From contig NMRA01000002.1 in the NCBI GenBank assembly GCA_002633005.1, forward strand, positions 2,135,756-2,199,755: 64,000 nucleotides of DNA, written 5' to 3'. Position 1 is the first letter of the stretch. Every line of letters starts with the position of its first letter. Below the pieces are notes generated by a model. It ran no database searches and was not told the DNA's origin. It saw nothing but the letters and a program-made list of their open reading frames with translations. A program made the position numbers and the translations under genes. Of the stretch, positions 1 through 10,899 are shown one piece after another. This DNA comes from Phoronis australis (taxonomy: Eukaryota; Animalia; Phoronida).

Positions 1-40
1 TTGAGTAAAATAATTAAATGTCCGCTGTCCCAAATTGTAG

Positions 41-3000
41 AACGTCTACCGTACTCTCTTTATATGATATGTGCGTGGAGATCCACCTGTGGACCACAAT
101 AGCATAAAGACCAGGTGAAGGTGTGAGTGCTGGTGATTAGGAATTGTTCATGTTTTCGAGAGATGGTCTGTCATGGACCTTGCACTGTTATATTTATTCT
201 AATTTTGACTTTTGGCTAAAGGGATATTTTCCTTTGTCATACCCTACTAAAAGTCTGAGCGATCAAGGCTCATTAGATCGGCTGCTAAATCCAGTTTCTG
301 TAGCATTTTCAAATGGAAATTTTTTTAACTCCCTCTGGATAGGACATTAGTTCATGCTTCTTCCCAGCCATTGCTGGAGTCATTTGTGTAGCTGAATTGA
401 TTCCTTTGACAGTATGTATTCATTGTTTATTATTCTCCCACCAGGTGTCCTTCACCTTAAGGTGACGTTCTCCCAGCAGTACCCACACGCCCCGCCCCTA
501 ATTGAGTTTCCCATGAGGCAAGCCATTCTACCCCCTGCCATAGTAAAGGATCTCTTAGACCATCTCAAACACGTGGTATGTATCATTGTTACAAGTTAAG
601 GCTTTCGGTTATCTGTTGGTCATCAGTTAAAAGTTTGAGCCATTCAACCCATTACTTGACCAAGAGTTTTTTTAGGGCTATGACTTTCTCCTGTTAGTTA
701 TGTTATCTTTACAGTTTTTAAACACAGAAGTCCTAAACATGATACATAAGAGCTCAGTTGGCTAATAACTGCAATGTGATTGACAGCCTTTTTGTGCATC
801 ACATTAGGTCATTACACGCTTGCAGCGTATCGGCTAATGAACATCAGTGAAACGGTGAAACAACTAACCATTCGTGTTACCCAGGATTGTTTTCTTTGAA
901 ACATGTTTGCGGTCATAATGGGTACTTTGAACAATCATGTTTAGGTGACACCTGGGCACATGCTTGAACTTTCAGCCTCTCCTTTGATTTTGATGTTATA
1001 GGCTCAGGACAATCTTGGCACGGCCATGGTCTTCACACTAGTGGAGGAAACGAAGCAGTGGTTGAATGAACACGCGGCGGCAGGTTGTCATGACGACGGG
1101 TCATATGAAGGCGAGGATAGTGAGGTAAAGGCGTATCTCCATGAATTTCTGAAATGCATTCTGGGCACTTAAACTGTATTATTCGCACAGTTCCTTTACG
1201 TTTCGTGGTGCATCCTTGATCAATGTCATCTAACTGTTGTTTCACCGAACTTAAAATAAATTAATAGGCTGCAATATATTTGATTATAACCCTGGTGAAT
1301 TGCCATGCATTGTATTGTCTGATTCGTTGAGTTAAATAAAAATATACTGTTTCAGTGTACAATATAAGACAAGTAATCTGTCAAAATACTATTTCCTCCT
1401 GGCTCAGACCAGCATGTTTATGGGTCTGGTTAACAGTTTTTTTCTCCACCTTGAGCTCTTCATGTTTATAGCCCTCACTTCTTCATTCATCTTGCTTGCC
1501 TTGGTATTGTTACCATTGCATCTGGCTAGTTTTCTTGATAGACACTAGATGGCATGACATTGACATGTAAAGGCATATTCTGTAACATTTTTGTTACAGG
1601 GGTGTGGCTTAGTGATATGTGATCATAAATTTCATTCATTCCGTGAGACCAATATATCTAGGGGAGAGACAACTACTAGGTAAAGGTGCACTTATGTGTC
1701 AAAAATATGGACTGACAATAGAGGCGTGGCCGTATCCAATCAGTGTTTATCAGCATCTACTTTATGTAGAGTCTGTGGAAGAGTTTTATATTACGTTTGC
1801 TTTATGATGTAGCAGGATAATCTAATCCATAGTTTTAGACTATAATGGTAGGCTTGCATTCAATGCCATTCTGCCAGAATCACAATTTGAAGTACTCTGG
1901 GGAAAACACTCTTTAGCGCCATCTGTGTATCAAGTGATTATGATGACTGTGCTATTAACATGATTAGACTAATTAAAATGAATTGTTATTTTGTTTTTAA
2001 TTAATTTCCTTTTCAGGACAATCTTGATGATGATGTTTTGGATATGCGAGACTGCAGCTTGGCCATACCCAAAATGACTGGTGGTAGATGGGAGTATGTC
2101 ATTGGTCTCGTGGTAAGGGTAGTCCGAGGGGGCAATAGGAAGCGGGAGACTTTATAGCATCCAGCAGAACAACAGTGAATTAGATCAAAGAACTGTGTTC
2201 TGACCGCAGCTAGTGGTCAAGTTCTAATGGAGAAAAATGGCAATCACTTACTGTGTATGAAGTTCATTATAGTTAAACTTTGAATTTTCGTAATGTTGTA
2301 TTTCTTTAAAAAAGTGTTCAAAGTAATGCAAACATACTTGACACATTTGGATATCCTTTGGATTAGATTGTTTGTTTTACAATTTCGCCAAAAAAGTTCA
2401 GTTGTTTTTTAGTGTTGACCACATTCTTCATACCATTGACTTCTCTCGCCAGGGTAAACCATCAGCTGGCAAGTCAACGTTCTTCAATGCAGCTACAACT
2501 CTTGACCTTGCCAAGACAGGTTCACACCCTTTCACAACGATTGAACCAAACTTTGGCAAGGCGTTCTACTCCATACCGTGTCCCTGTGCCAGACTGTGCG
2601 ACAAGCTTTGTGACGCTGGTCAGTTATTTTTGTAACAGTTGCACAAGTAGATTAAGACTTAAGACTGAAATTTGGTTTAACGCTCCCATTTCTCATTTGC
2701 TGAGTTTTAGCCACGTAACTATGAGGACATCACAGTCTAGAAATAATTGATATAAATTATCTCAGTAACTAGCAGTTATGGGCTTATTCTCAGCTTTTCA
2801 TGTTAATTTATTTTGCTCTTAGTAAGATTTTTAGAAATAGGTGTGTGGAGCGTAAGTCCAAATTTGTGAATTAAGTCTAAAATCTCCTTTCATGAACCTG
2901 ACCCGTGAGCTCGTGACCATCAAATTTTACTCACTCAACAGACCCTTAAGTAACTCACAGACTTTTACTCCAATACTTTAGGAATAGTGATCAACAAACT

Positions 3001-6000
3001 TTGCTCAGATTCGAGAACTGTTCTCGAGTATCTATGGAAGTTTTTGGTGGAATGAATCGAGAAATTTTTGTAAAATTAAATTAACACATTTTAAAGCCTG
3101 GTGCACTCTACAGTCAAGTAAGCAAATTTGAAATTGTTCATGTAAACCAGGTGTTAAAAAGTTTGTTAAGCGATGGTTGTCGTCTGTGGATTTTCCATTA
3201 AAAAGAGGATGATGTGTATTTTTTGATCAAATTGTATTTAATCATAGGCTACTGATTGCATTGTGCAAAGGAAATGAAATATTTAGATCACAAGGCTATA
3301 AATCTAATCTCAACTTGTTACTTAACTCTAATGAGAAGGGGTTTCTAGGCTTCAAAAGAAATGACATTTAGTTATTGCATGAGACCATGCTCTGCGCAGT
3401 AAATGATCCACAGTTGACAAGCTAACTTGTTGAGCTCGTCAATTGCTTCTCAAACCAAAAATCTTTTACTTTAAGTAAGGTTGAGACTAATGTCTTTAGA
3501 TACATTAGCCTCAACCTTACACTCCCATTTAAAAGTGTGAGTGACCATAATGAAACGTCGGTCATGTAATGTCAAATGTGAAGCGGTTCTATAACTTTAT
3601 CATTGACTTTGATTAAAAATTGTATTTAAGCACGTTTCACTATATTTTCGTTGTGTCTGGCCAAGTGAAATCTGTGTGCTGTTCTAAGGCAGTCTATGAC
3701 GTTTTTCTTGATAGAGTATGGTCACAACTTTGAAGGGCGTCGTCACATTCCAATTCTGCTGAAAGATGTTGCCGGTCTCATTCCTGGAGCTTCAGAAGGC
3801 AAAGGATTGGGCAACAGGTGTCGCTTGGTATTCAATCATCTGAAATGCCTGACGGTTACATATTTCAGTATACATGAGTGGGGATAGCCATTGGCAAAGT
3901 GATTTTGCTTCGGCAACTCAAATCACAGGCAACGCGACATTTTCAAATTTGCAATTTTAGGATTGATGAACCCCAATAGGCTCTGAAATGATTTTATGAA
4001 TTGTCAATAGTTTCAATGTTTTTGTTACTAAAAAAATGGAATTCGGTCATTGTAATGAATATTAAAAGAGCAAATTTATGAGAGTAAGAGGCCTAATTCA
4101 ATTTTCATTTTCAGCCATCTAAACGGAGCGAAATAAAAACTTTAAGCTTTTAGCCTGAAACAAAACAAATGCTGATGTTGAAGGAGAATAAAAAATCTTA
4201 AACCTTTTATTCTGATTTTATTATAATATCAATGATCATATACTTATTCTCTTAAGTGGTAATAAACTCATTCATTCTGTCAAAAACAATTTTGATTTAA
4301 GCCACTCCAATGTCTCCTTTTGCTTCAGATTAAGTTTGGAAGTGATTTCTAGACTTGAGGAAAACTGACAGTTTGTTATAGCTCCACGCCAGGTTCTTGA
4401 AGTTTGCTTGTCACAGTCCGTTAGTTACTGCCACCGAAGCAGTAAGGCTCTCTGGGAAATTCCAGAAGTTTTAATGCATCTAATTTCAATTCAAGCAAAG
4501 GTTAAAAACATCATTGAGATTACTTTGGAAGACTTATGGTAAAATTCTTCAATTTGGGTCAGTTTCTAAAATTTAGGACACAAACATTCAAGCCAAAATT
4601 GAATCTACTTGATTTTGAAGATTGGAACATATTGAATGATTTTGGCATTCATTATAGATATTTTTCAAATATTGGACATTATATTTTAAATCAACAAAAT
4701 CTGATATAAAATTGTCAAAAATAAATTCTCCCAACCCAAAATTCTTATGATTCTTGCAATGTTGGATATTTCAAAATTTTGGTATGAGCTTCAACCCCTG
4801 GCAAACTAAATTTAATTTTTCACTGTCCCAAACTGGAGAATCTTACTGTTAATGCACAATTGGGAAGAAAGTTGTTTTTGATATCAGAACGCAGTTTTTA
4901 GTGTCTTCAATAACGAAATAGAAAATATGGGTAACCTATTCTGAATGTCTTGCAATCATTTCTTTCAGATTTCTCAATGATTTGCTTGATGCAGACGTAT
5001 TGTTACATATTGTTGATGTGTCTGGCCACACCAATGAGAGAGGTCAGCAGACGTAAGGTCATGACCCCTGCCTGGATGTGCCATGGTTACAGGCAGAGAT
5101 ACAGTAGGCTTCTTTGTGTCTAATATGCTACTTTACACACTTCTAGCTAGTATTTTTATGTGATAAATTCTGTTAGTGCTTACTTAAACTGAGATTGTTT
5201 GCTTATCCTGACTGCACAGCCTGTATGACTTCTGTGTTTGACAGGCGTGTATTTCGTAGTCTTGCTTCCTTTTTGATTTCGTCTTCGATCTTAGATAAGT
5301 TAATACCTATTATTAGTGCACCTCTATACTTTGTACTGCATCCATGGTGGAGCAGTACTTTTGGAGTGTTTAACTAGCTCAAACTTCTTTTTGTCTTGGT
5401 GTGAAATTGTCAGATAATTGTTTCAGGCAGTGGATTTTCAATAATGTCATGGCCAAGTGGGACATCATCAAAAGAAAACCTTCAAAGTTGATTGACATGT
5501 TCACTGGTTACCACGCCAACAAGTCTTTAATAAACTCGGCCCTGGTCAATGCTGGCGTTGACCCCAAGTAAGTTTAAATTTATTGTGTTGTCAGTGGAAG
5601 TAAGAGACGCAATGAATTGAGCGTTTTCGACCGTCAATGGTTGTTCAGTTCTTGGGCCACGTAATGTGATGTCATCAATATCGAAAGGAGGGTACTGACC
5701 TATGTCACGGTTCATGACACTATCGCCCCTTTTCCTAATAAGTAGACTTTCACGTATCCAGCGTGGTGGCAGAGCGTTTTAATAGTCATTTCAATTTTTT
5801 AAGAAGTCTATTTGAACATAAATTTTATAAATTTCTTTCAGTTACAATTTCTTGTCTAGTTAGACTGTTTGTCTCATAATTATTTTAAAGTTGATGAAAG
5901 GTTTGTGGTGTATTTCTTTCACTTATTCCTAATTACAATTATTGTAAATTGTGTTTTCATAACTTGGTAACAGTCATCCATAAGTCTCCAGTTCATGGTT

Positions 6001-8098
6001 TTATTAGACATGAGTGCTCCTCCTTTTCCATGCATAGTCACAACTTATAGTTTGCATTATGTCCACTAGGGATCTCTCCAGTCTTCCAAAGTGGCCTGAG
6101 GAGAAGGTTCAAAAGATTGTCCTGGAGTTCTTGTCACTGCGATTTCCAATGCTGCTAGTGTTGAACAAATGTGATGTAGCAGGGGCAGAGGAAAATATAA
6201 GAAAGTAAGCAGCATCTGATTGTGGATTAGTGACTATGGCACATGACGTGTGCATGTTTGTCAGGCTGTGGTAAAATTTTTAAAATTTTGTACAAGATTA
6301 TTGTCAGATTTTGCCTTTCTCTGAAAAGTTTTTCAAATATTGATTTGTGTCAGCTGTGCTGTACTAAGCCTGCTAAACACAAATTTCAAACTTCTAGAAA
6401 TCTAAGTCATTTTTGTTGAGAATTTCACCAACTGAAAGTAATCATTATCTCGTTTGCCATATTGTGTCTCAAACTGAAGAATTGTTGTCGTGTGAATAAT
6501 TATTAAGTGCTGGTTAGTCTTTTGGACAATCATAAAATAATTAAAGTAAAGTGAAAGAAAAAAACTATTGCAATGGAATTAATTCAGATAATTTGCTTTT
6601 AATTGGATGGAATTCTGAATTGCCTAGTTATTGTTTTACGAAGTAAGCACGGAATTTCACAAACAATTTCTGTAGCCAGAGATAGTAGAGGCATAGTGTA
6701 CTTCCCTTGTTATTTCGTACGATGAAACACAACCTCTCTGTCTAATGACGTTGATCATACATCAGTCTCCTTTTCATAACTTCAGGTTACAAGACAAATT
6801 TCCTCAGCTTCCCAGTATACCAGTGAGTGCAAAAAAAGAAGTTTTACTTCAGAAGGCACAAAAGTCGGGCTCTTTACAGTACGAGTATGGCAGTAGCCAG
6901 TTCTCTGTGACAGAGAGTGGCCAGAATCATCTGACAGCGTCTGAGAAGTCTGTGCTGGATGACATTAGAAAAACTGTGATAGACAGGTTAGAGTCTTTTC
7001 TGAGATGGTTTTACATTTTACTTCTTTTAAGTAAAAGGTAGGGATAGGACAATATGGGATCTAAATAAATGTTGTGCTATGTACTTTTAAAAGCTGATGA
7101 TCTTCAGTCAGTGAAGTTAAACCAGAAAGTCATGTTATCAACTAGTTCAGCATTTAATGTGGGATGGTTGAACAAGATAACAGAATTCCCTTTTAGTATA
7201 CTTTTCCTCGTGGATTTTGTTATCGTCCCTAAATCTAACGTTGTTTCTCTAGTACCTTCTTTTAGAACAATTATAATGAAACTGTTGTCTTTAAATTTGA
7301 ATGTATAATGTATATGAACACAGACATGGTTCCACAAATGTCCACAAGGCTCTGTGCAAAGCTGTCTCACTACGATCCCCCTCCTATGTGTTTCCTGTGG
7401 GCTGCCTGGAAAGCTTGAAGATGGCCAACAAACATGAACGAGAGATACACACATTGAGGGACTGCATCTCCCTAAAACCAGAAACAACAGTTGAGGAGGC
7501 GTATGAAACACTGTGTCATTGTCCAACAAATATCTTGTCGGGTGAATTTGTAAGAGCCGAGGTGAGACATTATGTGATACCTTGGTACACTGTTACACTG
7601 TAGATATTTGAATGCTCAGCCAGTCACTACAAATATGAACACATTCACGTACAAAGTAGGCAAACAAAATGCCATGACCGCATCATGATGATTGACTCTG
7701 TTTTAAGTGGAGGGACTGACTGTTGATTGTGGCAATGTCCTAAATACGATGTAGTGTTTTCATCGACATACTTACTGGAGTGGTAAATTCTTTGTCATTC
7801 CCTGTAGTGACTGACAGATGGTTGCTATGACAATTAATTCCACTTTTATTTAGCGATGGCTAGGTCGTTTTGTTTGCTCTGTGGTGCTCTTGGTAAATTC
7901 CCGTGGAATTTTTTGCTTTGATGAAACTGATCAACAGAGATAGTATTGTCTTTTTTAAACAGTACTCTAGACATAATGCTTCATTGTGTTTTTCAGACAA
8001 CAGATGGTGCTGGTAACAGGAGACAGGTTCGAAAAGATGAAATTGTCCAGGACAGTAACAACATCATTAGATTCATGACCACAAAGAGAGTTCGGTGA
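41..8098 (+). CDS. RWD-domain / Ygr210c-like Obg-superfamily GTPase fusion gene (5'-partial, multi-exon; in-frame TAA at 5054-5056, possibly a pseudogenising allele)
   Basis: GT-AG exons with compatible phases: 41-120 (tentative), 445-575, 1002-1124, 2017-2112, 2453-2618, 3715-3817, 4969-5103, 5427-5567, 6070-6204, 6786-6986, 7324-7561, 7997-8098 (TGA). RWD signature [14 protein letters not shown]...[21 protein letters not shown]. GTPase motifs: G1 [17 protein letters not shown]2 [10 protein letters not shown]3 [24 protein letters not shown]4 NKCD, plus a Cys-rich CPC insert typical of the Ygr210c/archaeal subfamily. Confidence 0.88.
445..1124 (+). CDS. RWD-domain exons (445-575, 1002-1124) of the GTPase fusion gene
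   Basis: YPxxxP motif (QYPHAPP) and the C-terminal helix pattern [17 protein letters not shown] are typical of RWD domains (RWDD1/GCN2-like). An acidic linker follows, and splice phases join the exons in frame to the G1 exon. Confidence 0.8.
2650..2904. mobile_element. MITE fragment, same family as 20951-21247
   Basis: Shares the TTAAGACTTAAGAC..AAAT..GGTTT..CGCTCCC core, TCTAGAAATA..., CTCAGTAA and a CTTTCATGAA end with the 20951-21247 element. Confidence 0.55.
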
Positions 8099-9069
8099 CA
8101 TCATGATAACTTTATCTCTTTTGATTTTGTATTTATCTGTTATTACATTAGCTGTATGTGCAATAAAAATTTCAAATCTAAAGCAAGTCCTTTCTTATAT
8201 GGTGTTGGTTTACAAGACTGTCTAATGATGGTGTTAGTATGTCTACTGATAGGCTTAAATACTGAGAGACTTTCAGATGCGAAGTTCAGTCGCATCATGT
8301 ATACTTGAGAAGTTGGTTTGGCCAAAGTTTAATTCGAGTGAGGGCCATTCACATATTAGGTCACCACTAGAGGGAGACGTTACAAAAGATGGCGATTGAT
8401 GACTGTGGTATCGTGGTTTGAGACCTGAAAGGCTGTGAGTAGATAATATGCTAAGTGTAAAACTAACAAAGAGCTCAGAAGGATGACCCCGATGTGAACA
8501 AATTGAAGGCGTGGATCACAAACGATTTGTAAGCATGTTTGTGATGGAGATTGTAGTTTTGCATGAATCAGCCACTTCCCCCGGGAGTCTCTGAAACATC
8601 CGAACAAGTAGACCCATATTTTTGAGAATTGGTAGCCAGTCGTGGGCGATTGGCAAATTCTTTTAATGAACTTGAACATGCTCGATAAAGAGTTTACAAC
8701 AGAAATGGCTTTGAGCAATTCAAGGTTTTGTTTATTTGTCTATTTCAAGATTTATTAATTGCGTAAGACATGGATTCCAGGAGAAAACAGGGGATATCCG
8801 TTTAAATACATGAATACACTCAGGACGAAATACGGTATGTCCATAAGTCACATGGTCGAAAAACATGTAGATGTGTGACTGCATGACACGCTTCGAGTGA
8901 ACTTACAAATTTGTACGTAAAATATGCGGCGTCCAGACACAATCGTCTAAACAAGCGATGTCAAGACAACCAGTTTCACGGTTTTGGGGATTCCTTTTGA
9001 ACGGTGCACTGAGTTGCTCGGACCCGTATTGGAACAGTGCCACCTGTCGAAATTTCCGGAGGCTTCTGT

Positions 9070-9458
9070 GGCCAGTTGCATGAAACAGTCCCAAAGAAGG
9101 ACTCAACTATAAGGTCCCTAAGTCTTTGTGCATATTTGTGTCTTTATGGACTCACATAAGCAATATTTTTTCTATAATTTCATCTTTATCATTAGCTCGT
9201 CTTTGATTAATGACATTTTCGAATGATATAACTAAAGAACTGAGCCCGAGAGATCATTGAAAATAAACAGGGACTCATGAAAACATCCTTACTTATTTTA
9301 GATAATATTGACATTTCAACGTTCAGTTCACCCTCAGTTTGAATAAAGGTAAAAAATTGTCTTAGTAATGAAACTAAAGTGCAAGAAAGGGCAATCGATG
9401 TTTTCACAAGTCCAAAATTTGTTGAGTCCCTATTGGGACTGTTTCATGCAAAGAGCGG
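9070..9458. mobile_element. MITE (~390 bp) with terminal inverted repeats
   Basis: TTGCATGAAACAGTCCCAA (9076) and its reverse complement TTGGGACTGTTTCATGCAA (9433-9451), extending inward as GGACTCAAC/GTTGAGTCC. The interior is non-coding and AT-rich. Confidence 0.75.
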
Positions 9459-10899
9459 ACACTGTGCGATTTTGTTGGTATCGATAGCAGTAGTATTCTA
9501 AGTTTTTCGGCGGCGAGGTTCGAGTTAAAATAATGCTCTAAATAGTGAGAGTAGATTCTCTCGGGATTGATCTAAATTCTTTCTATTTACAAATTGTCAA
9601 CTTTAAATTAGTTATCGTAGCAAACTCGACTTGACTCCCAGCGATTCTACCCGCAATACATGTCTCTAAGGGGTAGCGACGGTAAATCCACGTTCCGTCC
9701 AAGAATCGGACTTTAATTTAGACCATTTACTCAATGCTGTAAAATTGGTCTCTACTGTTTTGTTTTTCGTTCGAGAAGTGATTTCTGGGTTATCTGTTTA
9801 TTTTTTACGACCGTGCTCAGCACATTGCACTTCGTGGCCCGGAATCCAACTTACTTTCAGACATTAACGGTTCTTTCGAAGACCTGAAGTCTAATTTCAA
9901 GGAACAATCTAAGACCGATTTCATCACAATCAGTTATCGTAATCATTTTTATGACAAATCGGATTTACAGTCATTTTAATTGAGCTGAGATAGTCCAACT
10001 GGTTTATGACACCCCCTCCCTCACTAATGTTTACCTTCCCACGGGACTGCGGTAGTAATATGACTGAAGATAGGACGAACATTCGTTTTCCACATATCAC
10101 TCAGATCCTGATTTTGGATGCACAACAACAAAAACATCGAGTTCTAATTCCAAATTATAGACGCCTTATCAAATCTTGGTCTCGCAGATTATTAAAATTT
10201 GGAGACAGTTTTGGTAGCCTATTTTCTAAATTTGCAATTTGCAGAAATGGAAGACATTTGGCATTTGAGTGTTCTTAAAAGGTGTGTGTGAAAAAAGTAT
10301 GGAAATCTTTCAAGTTAAACATTGTTATTACAATATTTCAATAAATTTCAGTGCCTTTTTCAAAATTTTCCTTGGCGACACGTGATTTCAAATGGTGGCA
10401 AACATACTCCTGTAATCGAAAATAAAATTATGGCTACTTGAGGTTTATTACAGTAATAATGATGCAATATCTGCATACACCAATTGACCCATTGAATGAC
10501 TGACTGTTGTCCATCGGGGATTTATAAGGTTTGGTGGCGTAGTTCGGGATCCCATAATCACCCGTAAATTATTGGTCAACTATGACTGAGAGAATACGGA
10601 GTGCCTCGGGAAATGCTTAAAAACAACGTGTTATCGGAAAATGAAACTAATTTACGGCTCAATTACAGTTTAAAGCAAATTAAGATGAAACCAAGTAGAC
10701 CGAAGAAAGTTAAAAAAAAAAAAATTAATTTCCTGAATATTTGTCGACCTTTAGACCTTACATGTAAGAGGCAAACCACGAATAGATAGCCTGACACTTA
10801 TGATACCTTTATCGTTTAGCCTCACAGTGGGTTAAGGTGAACACAGGAGGAACCGTTTTCAACGTTTTCTTTAATTTCTATTTTTCATCAACAGTCGGA

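Noticed and set aside
105-5056. TAA reassignment or programmed readthrough (two in-frame TAAs, and the four genes end in TGA or TAG)
   Set aside because: I saw no in-frame TAA in the intact SLC22 exons (well over a thousand codons), where a sense TAA should appear. Mutation or sequencing error is far more likely.
8380-8718. 112-aa minus-strand ORF downstream of the GTPase
   Set aside because: Non-ATG start and no motif. It probably lies in the 3' UTR or intergenic DNA.
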